This document shows, in pieces, positions 1 through 8,248 of a DNA stretch of 10,591 bases (position 1 is its first letter; every line of letters starts with the position of its first letter). Location of the stretch: contig JBNJFI010000072.1 of the NCBI GenBank assembly GCA_051746725.1, forward strand, positions 1 to 10,591, in the 5' to 3' direction. The notes under the pieces were generated by a model. That model was not told the DNA's origin, searched no databases, and saw only the letters and a list, made by a program, of their open reading frames with translations. Both the position numbers and the translations under genes were made by a program. The stretch comes from Fusobacteriota bacterium (GTDB lineage Bacteria; Fusobacteriota; Fusobacteriia; Fusobacteriales; JBNJFI01).

Positions 1-224
1 CAGCGAATAAAGTCAAAGGAATCAGAGCTGCTTTATGCCATGATACTTATACAGCAAAGATGGCAAGATTACATAATGATGCCCAAATTTTAGCAATGGG
101 TGGACGAATTATAGGAAAAGGTTTAGCAATAGAGATGGTTGAAACTTTTTTGAATAATGAGCATGAAGGTGGAAGACATCAGCGAAGAGTTAATAAAATA
201 TCTAAAATTGAAGAGGAGGAATAA
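1..224 (+). CDS. rpiB: Ribose-5-phosphate isomerase B (RpiB/LacAB family), 3' part; gene begins upstream of the window
   Basis: Not in the ORF track. Manual translation from position 3 gives [73 protein letters not shown], with RpiB motifs ANKxxGIRAA, ARxHNDA and GGRHxRRV. Stop TAA at 222-224. Confidence 0.95.
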   Translation, partial: ANKVKGIRAALCHDTYTAKMARLHNDAQILAMGGRIIGKGLAIEMVETFLNNEHEGGRHQRRVNKISKIEEEE

Positions 225-225
225 T

Positions 226-564
226 ATGTGCCTTTTTTGTAAAATAATCGATGGAGAGATACCTAGCAAAAAAGTTTATGAAGATGATGAGATTTTAGCA
301 TTTGAAGATGTAAATCCAACGGCACCAGTACATATATTAGTTATACCTAAAAAACATATACCAACTCTAAATGATATAAAAGAGGAAGATCAACTCTTAA
401 TTGGAAAAATTCATATGAAAATAAGAGATATTGCTAAAGAAAAAGGAATTGATAAATCTGGGTATCGTGTTGTTTCTAATTGCAATGAAGACGGTGGCCA
501 GGAAGTATTCCATATACATTTTCATCTTTTAGGAGGTAGAAAATTTCAATGGCCAGCAGGTTGA
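226..564 (+). CDS. hinT: Histidine triad (HIT) nucleotide-binding protein, HinT/Hint type
   Basis: MCLFCKII N-terminus, HILVIPKKH, triad HIHFHLLGG and C-terminal WPAG. Start revised from 157 to ATG 226, which follows GAGGAGG (213-219) and the rpiB stop. Confidence 0.93.
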   Translation: MCLFCKIIDGEIPSKKVYEDDEILAFEDVNPTAPVHILVIPKKHIPTLNDIKEEDQLLIGKIHMKIRDIAKEKGIDKSGYRVVSNCNEDGGQEVFHIHFHLLGGRKFQWPAG

Positions 565-1310
565 TTACTAGTAAAAATAATAAGTTTATCAAAAAAGTTA
601 AGAAGTTAAAGAAAAAAAAATATAGAGAAAAATACAATATGTTCATTGCCGAAGGCGAAAAGTTTTTAGAATTTGATTATAAACCTAAATATGCAATAAT
701 CGATGAATTTTATGACGGAACAGTTCATATTGATTCTGATATAGAAGAATATGTGGTTAAAGAAGAGTTATTTAATAAAATTTCAACTCAGAAAAATTCT
801 CAAGGTATAATTTTAATTTATGATATACCGGAAAATGATAGTAATAAAATTAATAATGATATTGTAATTTTAGATAAAATACAAGATCCAGGTAATTTAG
901 GAACAATGATTAGACTATTTGATGCAGTGGGAATAAAAGATATTATATTATTAAAGGGAACAGTTGATCAATATAATGATAAAGTAGTAAGAAGTACAAT
1001 GGGATCTATTTTTAATTTAAATTTTTATGAAATGACTCATAAAGAAATTCTGGATTTTTTAAAACAAAAAGAGTATAATATAATATCAACTGATTTAAGT
1101 GAAGAATCTTTTGAATACGATAAAATGAAATTAAGAGATAAAAATGCAATAATTTTTGGAAATGAAGGGAATGGAATTTCTAAAAAGCTATTAAATATAA
1201 GTGATCAAAAAGTGATGATCCCGATTTATGGTAGTGCTGAATCTTTAAATGTAGCTGTAGCCTCGGGGATAATTATGTATAAATATAAGGAGATTTTATC
1301 TAAAATCTAA
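549..1310 (+). CDS. TrmH/SpoU family RNA 2'-O-methyltransferase
   Basis: ITSKNN..IKKVKKL N-terminus; SPOUT motifs LDKIQDPGNLGTMIR, IIFGNEGNGIS and IPIYGSAESLNVAVA. Start is either ATG 549 (AGGAGG at 531-536) or TTG 561, which overlaps the HIT stop (TTGA). Confidence 0.92.
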   Translation: MASRLITSKNNKFIKKVKKLKKKKYREKYNMFIAEGEKFLEFDYKPKYAIIDEFYDGTVHIDSDIEEYVVKEELFNKISTQKNSQGIILIYDIPENDSNKINNDIVILDKIQDPGNLGTMIRLFDAVGIKDIILLKGTVDQYNDKVVRSTMGSIFNLNFYEMTHKEILDFLKQKEYNIISTDLSEESFEYDKMKLRDKNAIIFGNEGNGISKKLLNISDQKVMIPIYGSAESLNVAVASGIIMYKYKEILSKI

Positions 1311-1321
1311 AGGGGATTATA

Positions 1322-1660
1322 ATGCCAAAAATAGATCTTGAAAAGTATAGCCGAGATGAAGAGGAAATCATTTGTTGGAAATGTGCAAAAAAGATAGATA
1401 AAGAAGATAAATATTGCAGATATTGTGGAGCTAAGCAAAGTAAAAGGTCTGAAAATAAAGGAATTTTAGGTATAGTTCTTCAATTTCTTGTAATAGGTCC
1501 ATTTTGTCTGATTGGACTTTGGAGATCTAAGAATATATCAAACGCAAAAAAGAAAAAATATACTTACGTTATTATAGGAATAACAATGATTCTGCTCTTA
1601 GGAATTATGTATGCCCTTTCTATAATAATGAATTATTATAATCAGATTTTAGGAATTTAA
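1322..1660 (+). CDS. Zinc-ribbon domain membrane protein of unknown function
   Basis: CWKC-x10-CRYCG zinc ribbon followed by two hydrophobic segments separated by a Lys-rich loop. SD-like AGGGG just upstream. Confidence 0.8.
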   Translation: MPKIDLEKYSRDEEEIICWKCAKKIDKEDKYCRYCGAKQSKRSENKGILGIVLQFLVIGPFCLIGLWRSKNISNAKKKKYTYVIIGITMILLLGIMYALSIIMNYYNQILGI

Positions 1661-1706
1661 AAATAGGATATAATTTTCAATGTGTTTTGAAAATTATATC
1701 CTATTT
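1661..1706. repeat. Perfect 20-bp inverted repeat with 6-nt loop (probable terminator or operator)
   Basis: AAATAGGATATAATTTTCAA (1661-1680), loop TGTGTT, TTGAAAATTATATCCTATTT (1687-1706). It begins immediately after the stop codon at 1658-1660. Confidence 0.9.
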
Positions 1707-1750
1707 ATATAATATATTTATCTAAGAAAAATGGCTATTAAGGAGTAAAA

Positions 1751-2323
1751 ATGAAAGACAATATAATAGAGTACCAACTCTTTAAAAATATTTTGGAGAT
1801 CAATGATAAATTACTTGGATCAACCTTTTTTGAATGTGAATTTAAAAATATAGAATTTATGGAACAAAAATTTTATGATTCAAAATTTGAAAATTGTATT
1901 TTTGAAAACTGTAATATGAGTTTAATTAAATTAAAAGGAGTTAGCTTTCAAGGTGTTGATTTTGTTGATTCTAAAATTAGAGGTGTAGATTTTACAAAAT
2001 GTAATACTTTTTTATTAGATATGAATATGCTTAATTGTGATATTGAATATTCTAATTTTTCAGAATTAAATTTAAAAGAGATTAATTTTAAAAATAGTTA
2101 CATAATTGATTGTGTTTTTATCGATACTGATTTGAGGGGAGCTAATTTTCAAAAAAGTGTTCTCACAAGAAGTCTATTTGATGGAAGTGATTTAAGAAAA
2201 AGTGATTTTAGATATGCTCAAGGCTATGATATAAATATAAACAAAAATAAAATAAAAAATGCCAGATTTAGTTCACCTGAAGCTTTAAATTTATTAAATA
2301 GTTTTAAAATTATAATAGATTAG
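1751..2323 (+). CDS. Pentapeptide repeat protein (McbG/MfpA/Qnr-like Rfr fold)
   Basis: Five-residue periodicity with central F/L: STFFE CEFKN IEFME QKFYD SKFEN CIFEN ... TDLRG ANFQK SVLTR SLFDG SDLRK SDFRY, plus a C-terminal helix SPEALNLL. RBS AAGGAG upstream. Confidence 0.92.
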   Translation: MKDNIIEYQLFKNILEINDKLLGSTFFECEFKNIEFMEQKFYDSKFENCIFENCNMSLIKLKGVSFQGVDFVDSKIRGVDFTKCNTFLLDMNMLNCDIEYSNFSELNLKEINFKNSYIIDCVFIDTDLRGANFQKSVLTRSLFDGSDLRKSDFRYAQGYDININKNKIKNARFSSPEALNLLNSFKIIID

Positions 2324-2334
2324 TAGGAGGAAAA

Positions 2335-3393
2335 ATGGATTCTAGAGTTTTTTTTAAAGGAATTTACAGAGGAATAGCTATACTAATTCTTCTTATATTA
2401 TTAGGAAATATACCATACGTTACTAAACCGATTTTAAATGTTATTTTTATAATTGGAATTCCAATTTTATTGGGAGGATTTTTATATTATTTATTAAGAC
2501 CATTATTAAGAGTTATTAATAAGATTTTAAAAAATAAAACTTTAGCAATTATAATATCATTTCTCATTGTGATTTTAATGTTATCAGTATTATTCTTTTT
2601 TGGAGGTAGTATTATATATCAAGAAATAAGAAAATTAATAATATATTTTACTAAAAATATTGAAACAACTAAGATTATAAATGACATAGCGAATACTGAT
2701 AAACTTGATTTTTTAAAGGATTTTGGAATACAGGAAAAAATAATCCAATTTAGTCAAAATGCTATATCTAAAATTAGTAGGTATAACTATATAGGTGCCT
2801 TTTCATCAATAACTAATACATTTGTTATGGTTATATTAATACCATTTATTTTATTTTATTTTCTGAAAGATGATGAAAAGATAAAGGAATCATTTTTGAA
2901 ATTTTTTTCTGAATCCAAAAAAGAAGAAATTAATATGATATTAGAGCAAATTGATAATGAATTAGCCTTATATATAAATGGTCAAGTTTTAGTTGCTTTT
3001 GTATTAGGGATTTTAATGTTTATTGGATATATAGTAATCGGGCTTCCAAATGCATTGGGGTTATCAATAATAGCAATGGTTTCTTCTCTAATACCAGTAG
3101 TAGGGACGACAATGGGATTTATACCTGCTTTATTTATATCCTTATCTGTTAGTATTAGTACAGTAATTAAGTTATTTATAGTTTTAATAATAGCGCAGCA
3201 ACTAGAAGGTAATTTAGTAAGGCCATTTATACAAGGAGATAAATTAAAAATCCATCCGCTTATAGTTGTTTTTGTGATAATAGCCTCTATATTGCTTTTT
3301 GGAGTACTAGGAGCAATCTATGCCGTTCCAGTTTATGTAGTATTTAGAGTGATAGCTAGAAATAAAATTGAAGTATTCAAAAAAGATGATTAA
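2335..3393 (+). CDS. AI-2E family (UPF0118/PerM) transporter
   Basis: 352 aa multi-TM protein with family motifs YYLLRPL, FYFLKD, YINGQ, LIPVVG, QQLEGNLVRPFIQG..LKIHPL and G..GAIYAVP. RBS AGGAGG upstream. Confidence 0.93.
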   Translation: MDSRVFFKGIYRGIAILILLILLGNIPYVTKPILNVIFIIGIPILLGGFLYYLLRPLLRVINKILKNKTLAIIISFLIVILMLSVLFFFGGSIIYQEIRKLIIYFTKNIETTKIINDIANTDKLDFLKDFGIQEKIIQFSQNAISKISRYNYIGAFSSITNTFVMVILIPFILFYFLKDDEKIKESFLKFFSESKKEEINMILEQIDNELALYINGQVLVAFVLGILMFIGYIVIGLPNALGLSIIAMVSSLIPVVGTTMGFIPALFISLSVSISTVIKLFIVLIIAQQLEGNLVRPFIQGDKLKIHPLIVVFVIIASILLFGVLGAIYAVPVYVVFRVIARNKIEVFKKDD

Positions 3394-3420
3394 ATAAAAT
3401 TACATTAATAGGAGGATAAA

Positions 3421-3786
3421 ATGGATAGAAGAAAAAATAAATCGATTCTATTAAAATTTGGTTTAAATACACTTGTGCTTGGGCTTACAGCCTATGTAAT
3501 AGATGGAGTATATATAAATGGATTAACTAGTTTAATATGGGCATCAATAGTATTGGGGATCTTAAATATAATAGTAAAACCAATATTTATATTATTTACT
3601 TTACCTATTAATATTTTATCTTTAGGTTTATTTACTTTTTTTATTAATAGTATGATGCTTATGTTAACTTCAAGTTTTGTTAGAGGATTTGTAGTTGTAG
3701 ATTTTAGGACAGGGGTACTAGCAGCAATTGTTCTTTCATTATTAAGTTTTTTATTAAATTATGCGATAGATTCTGAAGAATTATGA
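3421..3786 (+). CDS. 4-TMS membrane protein, YvlD/phage_holin_4_2 family
   Basis: Signature LGILNIIVKPIFILFTLPINILSLGLFTFFINSMML. RBS AGGAGG upstream. Confidence 0.88.
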   Translation: MDRRKNKSILLKFGLNTLVLGLTAYVIDGVYINGLTSLIWASIVLGILNIIVKPIFILFTLPINILSLGLFTFFINSMMLMLTSSFVRGFVVVDFRTGVLAAIVLSLLSFLLNYAIDSEEL

Positions 3787-3824
3787 AATATTAAAATAGG
3801 TAAGCACTACAGAAAGGAGATGTT

Positions 3825-4370
3825 ATGAAATATAAAATTTTAGGAGATGAATTGGTTTATAAAGGAGTTGTATTTAATTTAAGAAAGAAAAAGATAGAAC
3901 TACCAAATGGTGATCATTCGAGTAGAGATATAATTGAGCCTAAAACTGCTGTTGCTATAGTGGCCATTACAGATGAGGGAAAGGTTTTATTAGTTTCTCA
4001 ATATAGAACAGCGGTTAAAAAAAATCTCTGGGAAATTCCAGCTGGCTTAGTTGAAGATGGTGAAGATCCTAAAAAGGCTGCAAAACGAGAATTAGAAGAA
4101 GAAACGGGATACCGCGCAAACCAAATTGAAGAAGTAGCCAAAATACATACTAACCCGGGAATATTATCTGGTTCTATATTATTATATAGGGCTAGTAATT
4201 TAGTTAAAACTAAACAAAATTTAGATGAAGATGAATATATAGAAATTGGCGAGTTTTATATGGAAGAAGCAAAAAAGAGAGCAAATATGGATGCCAAAAG
4301 TATCATAGGATTAATAAAAGTTCAAGATATTTTAAATAAAAAGGAGAAAAAAGATGAAAATAGCAACTAA
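3825..4370 (+). CDS. Nudix hydrolase, ADP-ribose pyrophosphatase (NudF-like)
   Basis: Complete Nudix box G-LVEDG-E-DPKKAAK-RELEEETGY, plus VSQYR, WEIPAG, NPG, QNLDEDE and DAKS features typical of ADPRases. RBS AAGGAG upstream. Confidence 0.9.
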   Translation: MKYKILGDELVYKGVVFNLRKKKIELPNGDHSSRDIIEPKTAVAIVAITDEGKVLLVSQYRTAVKKNLWEIPAGLVEDGEDPKKAAKRELEEETGYRANQIEEVAKIHTNPGILSGSILLYRASNLVKTKQNLDEDEYIEIGEFYMEEAKKRANMDAKSIIGLIKVQDILNKKEKKDENSN

Positions 4371-4905
4371 AATTTTAATTATATTAATGACTTTATTTAT
4401 ATTTAATGGATGTTTTAAAGAAAAAATTGAACCGGAAACAGTAGAAAATTTTGAAATTGAAAATTTTTTGGGAAAGTGGTATGAAGTAGGACGAATAACG
4501 ACTAAATTTGAAAAGGATTTAGTTGGAGTGACAGCAACATATACTTTAAAAGAAAATGGGGATATAAAAGTCTTAAACAAAGGTTATAAAAATGAATTAG
4601 ATGGAAAAATACAGGCTATAGAGGGAAAAGCAAAAATTCCAAATCCAGATAACCCTTCGAAATTAAAAGTTTACTTTTTTCCAATTTTTGGAGCAGATTA
4701 TAACGTGATAAGTGTAAAAGGAGATTACGATTATGCATTAATCGGAGGAAGTACTCCAGATTATTTATGGATATTATCTAGAACTAGAAGAGTAGACGAG
4801 GAAATTTATAATAAATTACTTCAAAGAGCTAAAGAAGAAGGATATAATGTTGACAAAGTAGAAAGAGTATTACAACCAGAGGAAAAGAAGGAATCTGATA
4901 TATAA
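4354..4905 (+). CDS. blc: Bacterial lipocalin lipoprotein (Blc-like)
   Basis: Signal peptide with lipobox-like FNG-C20, lipocalin motif FLGKWYEVGR, and LKVYFFPIFGADY, YDYALIG, YLWILSRT. Overlaps the Nudix gene by 17 nt; RBS AAGGAG at 4341-4346. Confidence 0.92.
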   Translation: MKIATKILIILMTLFIFNGCFKEKIEPETVENFEIENFLGKWYEVGRITTKFEKDLVGVTATYTLKENGDIKVLNKGYKNELDGKIQAIEGKAKIPNPDNPSKLKVYFFPIFGADYNVISVKGDYDYALIGGSTPDYLWILSRTRRVDEEIYNKLLQRAKEEGYNVDKVERVLQPEEKKESDI

Positions 4906-4928
4906 ATATTAAATGAGGAGTGAAAATT

Positions 4929-6629
4929 ATGGGAAAAAAAATATTAATTGTCGGAGGAGTTGCAGGTGGAGCATCGGCGGCTGCTAGACTCAGAAGGCAT
5001 AGTGAAGAAGATGAAATAATAGTTTTTGAAAGAGGCCCACATGTTTCTTTTTCAAATTGTAGTTTACCATATTACTTAAGCGGAATTGTTAAAAATTCTG
5101 AAGATCTTGTGTTAATGAATCCTGAAAAATTCTATTCTCAATACAGAATAAAAATAAGAACAGAAAATGAAGTTTTAAATATAGACAGAAAACAAAAGGA
5201 GCTAATAATAAAAGATTTAAAAAAAGATAAAACTTATAGAGAGTCTTATGATAAAGTAATTTTGTCACCTGGTGGAAAACCTTTGGTTCCTCCTATTCCA
5301 GGAATAGATACAGCGAATATATATACCATTAGAAATGTTGTGGATATTAGGAATTTAAAAGGAGCTATTAAAGAATCAGAATCTAAAAATATTTCTGTAA
5401 TTGGTGGTGGTTTTATAGGGGTTGAAACTGCTGAAAATTTAAATGAAGCAGGTTATAATGTCACATTAATAGAAGCCATGCCTCAAATATTAAGTATTTT
5501 TGATTATGATATGGTTCAAGTTTTACATAAAGAACTTCACGACAAAGGGATTAATCTAATAGTTAACGATAGAGTTGAATCTTTTGATAAAAAGAATGTT
5601 ATTTTAGAATCTAATAAAAAAATATCTTCTGACGTTGTTGTTTTGGCAATTGGAATACAACCTGAGATAGATTTGGCAAAAAAGGCAAATTTGGATATAG
5701 GTAAAACTGGAGCTATAAAAGTTGATCAAAATTATTTGACCAATGATAAAGATATATATGCAGTTGGAGATGCAATTGAAATATATAATTCAATTTCTAA
5801 GACCCAATTTAAATTGCCACTGGCTGGTCCAGCTCAAAAACAGGCTAGAGGAGTAGCAGATCATATAAATGGGATGAAGATAGATAATAGAGGATATATA
5901 GGAACTTCAGTTCTTAAAGTATTTGATTATAATGCTGCATCTACTGGCTTAACAGAAACAGTAATTGAAAAAAATGAAAATTTAGATATAGAATTTGGAA
6001 AAATTAGAATAATCCCTGGAGATAAAGTAGGTTTAATGCCAGATAAAGAACCTATGCATTTTAAATTGATATATGAAATACCAACGGGAAAAGTTTTAGG
6101 AGCTCAAGCTATTGGAAAAGGAAACGTTGATAAAAGAATAGATGTCATAGCAACAGTAATAAAATATGGCGGAACAATTGATGATTTGAAAGACCTTGAA
6201 TTATGCTATGCTCCTCCATTTGGAACAGCAAAGGATGTTGTTAACTATGCGGGGTATGTATCTTCTAATTTGATGAATGGTGATTTTAAGCAGGTAAATG
6301 TTGATAAAGTACGTAGTCTTCAAAAAAGGGGAGCTTTTTTTCTAGATGCCAGAACAAAAAAGGAATATGAAGAAGGGCATATAAAAGGAGCTATAAATAT
6401 TCCTCTTTCTGAAATTAGAGATCGGATTTCTGAAATTCCAAAAGATAAAGCTATATATATTAATTGTAGAAGTGGTCAAAGAAGTTATAATGCAGTATTA
6501 GCTTTACAAAATTTAGGATTTTCCAAAGTTTATAATATTGCTGGAGGGTTTGTAGGATTATCCTTTTTTGAATATTTCAATGATAAAATTTTAAAAAGAG
6601 ATACCATATTAACTAATTATGTATTTTGA
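4929..6629 (+). CDS. CoA-disulfide reductase/persulfide reductase with C-terminal rhodanese domain (CoADR-RHD/Npsr-like)
   Basis: FAD motif GGVAGG, redox Cys in SFSNC (C44 from ATG 4929), NAD(H) motif GGGFIGVE..LIE, IYAVGD, LCYAPPF, and rhodanese LDAR..EY..GHI.GA.NIP with active loop CRSGQR (C513). Start revised to ATG 4929, 8 nt after GAGGAG (4915-4920). Confidence 0.92.
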   Translation: MGKKILIVGGVAGGASAAARLRRHSEEDEIIVFERGPHVSFSNCSLPYYLSGIVKNSEDLVLMNPEKFYSQYRIKIRTENEVLNIDRKQKELIIKDLKKDKTYRESYDKVILSPGGKPLVPPIPGIDTANIYTIRNVVDIRNLKGAIKESESKNISVIGGGFIGVETAENLNEAGYNVTLIEAMPQILSIFDYDMVQVLHKELHDKGINLIVNDRVESFDKKNVILESNKKISSDVVVLAIGIQPEIDLAKKANLDIGKTGAIKVDQNYLTNDKDIYAVGDAIEIYNSISKTQFKLPLAGPAQKQARGVADHINGMKIDNRGYIGTSVLKVFDYNAASTGLTETVIEKNENLDIEFGKIRIIPGDKVGLMPDKEPMHFKLIYEIPTGKVLGAQAIGKGNVDKRIDVIATVIKYGGTIDDLKDLELCYAPPFGTAKDVVNYAGYVSSNLMNGDFKQVNVDKVRSLQKRGAFFLDARTKKEYEEGHIKGAINIPLSEIRDRISEIPKDKAIYINCRSGQRSYNAVLALQNLGFSKVYNIAGGFVGLSFFEYFNDKILKRDTILTNYVF

Positions 6630-6661
6630 AATATCCTTAGAAGAAATTTTAGGAGGAATTT

Positions 6662-8170
6662 ATGGAAAAGCAAAATATTAAAACAACTGTAAGTATAATG
6701 GGAATATTTTTAATTTTATTTTTTACAACCCATTATAATTACCTGTTATTTCATAGCATAGTTGAGTTATTTAGTATAATAATTGCATATAGTATATTTT
6801 TAATTGCTTGGAATTCAAAAAAATATATGAAAAATGATTATTTGATATTTTTAGGTATAGCATATTTCTTTGTAGGAGGGCTAGATCTGTTACACACACT
6901 TTCATATAAAGGAATGAATATATTTACAGATTATGATTATTATGCCAATCAATTATGGGTAGTAGCAAGAATGATTGAAAGTATTAGTTTAGTAATAGGA
7001 TTTTTATATTTTCAAAAAAAGAAAAGATTAGATATCAAAAAAGTTTTTTTTAGTTATCTAATAATTACAATTGTAGGAATACTTACGATATTTCATTACA
7101 AAGTATTTCCAGAATGCTTTATAGAAGGACAGGGTCAGACTCAATTTAAAATAATTAGTGAATATATAATTAATTTAATATTAATAATGGCTCTTATAAT
7201 TTTATGGAAAAATAAAAAGGATTTTAAGGATAAAATTTTTAAATATATAAATTACTCAATAATTCTAACTATTATTTCTGAATTGGCTTTTACTTTTTAC
7301 GTGAGTAATTATGGACTTTCAAATATTGTAGGTCATTATGCTAAGATATTATCATTTTATCTTATATATAAAGCATTAATAGCCAAAGGAATAAAAGAAC
7401 CATATGATATAATATTTAAAGAGTTAAATGAAAAACAAGAAAAATTAGAAAATGCAAATAAAACCAAAAATCGATTATTTTCTATTATAAGTCATGATTT
7501 ACGTGGATCAATGGGAGCTCATTCAGGATTACTAGAAGATCTAAATATTAATTATGATTCAATATCTCCTGAAGAAAAAAAAGAAATGATTGAAATGTTA
7601 GATGAATCTGGAAAAAATTTAACAAATTTTTTGAATAGACTTTTAGAATGGTCTAGAATTCATATGGATAAGATCACATTTGATCCCTCAGAATTCGAAT
7701 TAAATGAAACAATTAAAGATGTAATTGGTATATTAAAGTTAAGCGCAGAACAAAAAAATATAAATATTAAGTTTATGAAAGACTCTAAAACAATGGTATA
7801 CGCTGATAAAAATATGGTTAATGCTGTAATTCGGAATTTACTATCAAATGCCATAAAATTTACAGAAGAAAATGGTACTATACAGTTAAAAATTAAAGAT
7901 GTAGGAAGTAAAATCAAAGTTTCCATAAAAGATGATGGTGTAGGAATAGGTGATAAAGATCAGTCTAAGATTTTCAATGAGTCCGAAAAATATAGTGAAA
8001 AAGGAACAGAGGGAGAGACTGGAACGGGATTAGGCCTTTTTATTACCAAAGAATTTGTTAATAAAAATAATGGAAAAATATGGTTTGAAAGCAAAAAAAA
8101 TAAGGGGACTACATTTCACTTTACTCTATTAAAACCTAATAGCCATAAAGATATAAAAAATAATAATTAA
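6662..8170 (+). CDS. Membrane sensor histidine kinase: MASE3-type TM sensor + HisKA + HATPase_c
   Basis: N-terminal ~245 aa multi-TM region with MASE3-like motifs LFHSIVELFSI, DLLHTLSYKGM, NQLWVVAR and GHYAK. Kinase boxes: H SHDLR (H278), N NLLSNAIKFT, G1 DDGVG, G2 GTGLGL. RBS AGGAGG at 6651-6656. Confidence 0.9.
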   Translation: MEKQNIKTTVSIMGIFLILFFTTHYNYLLFHSIVELFSIIIAYSIFLIAWNSKKYMKNDYLIFLGIAYFFVGGLDLLHTLSYKGMNIFTDYDYYANQLWVVARMIESISLVIGFLYFQKKKRLDIKKVFFSYLIITIVGILTIFHYKVFPECFIEGQGQTQFKIISEYIINLILIMALIILWKNKKDFKDKIFKYINYSIILTIISELAFTFYVSNYGLSNIVGHYAKILSFYLIYKALIAKGIKEPYDIIFKELNEKQEKLENANKTKNRLFSIISHDLRGSMGAHSGLLEDLNINYDSISPEEKKEMIEMLDESGKNLTNFLNRLLEWSRIHMDKITFDPSEFELNETIKDVIGILKLSAEQKNINIKFMKDSKTMVYADKNMVNAVIRNLLSNAIKFTEENGTIQLKIKDVGSKIKVSIKDDGVGIGDKDQSKIFNESEKYSEKGTEGETGTGLGLFITKEFVNKNNGKIWFESKKNKGTTFHFTLLKPNSHKDIKNNN

Positions 8171-8248
8171 TGAGGGCCAGAAACTAATTAAGATTAAGAG
8201 TTTATGATTTTGCAATCACTTAATAAAAAATAAATAAAGGAGATAGAA

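Noticed and set aside
157..225. 23-aa N-terminal extension of the HIT ORF
   Set aside because: It overlaps the rpiB coding frame; ATG 226 has a strong SD and gives the family-typical MCLFC start.
1661..1706. CRISPR repeat, attC or dif site
   Set aside because: Single copy in the window, with no RYYYAAC/GTTRRRY ends and no XerC/XerD arm consensus.
3421..3786. Prophage or lysis cassette suggested by the 'phage holin' family name
   Set aside because: YvlD-type proteins are common chromosomal genes, and no endolysin, integrase or structural phage gene is nearby.
4332..4580. Minus-strand 82-aa ORF
   Set aside because: Antisense shadow of the lipocalin and Nudix genes, with no recognisable motif.
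4920..4928. GTG start for CoADR-RHD
   Set aside because: The GTG overlaps the GAGGAG SD itself; ATG 4929 has proper spacing.
6627..6661. Selenocysteine readthrough of the CoADR-RHD TGA, or an anti-SD hairpin before the kinase
   Set aside because: All catalytic positions are ordinary Cys codons, the protein is domain-complete, no SECIS-like stem is evident, and the TCCT/AGGA pairing is too weak.
7660..7926. Minus-strand 88-aa ORF
   Set aside because: Antisense to the conserved HATPase domain; the F/L/I/S-rich composition is typical of shadow ORFs in AT-rich genes.
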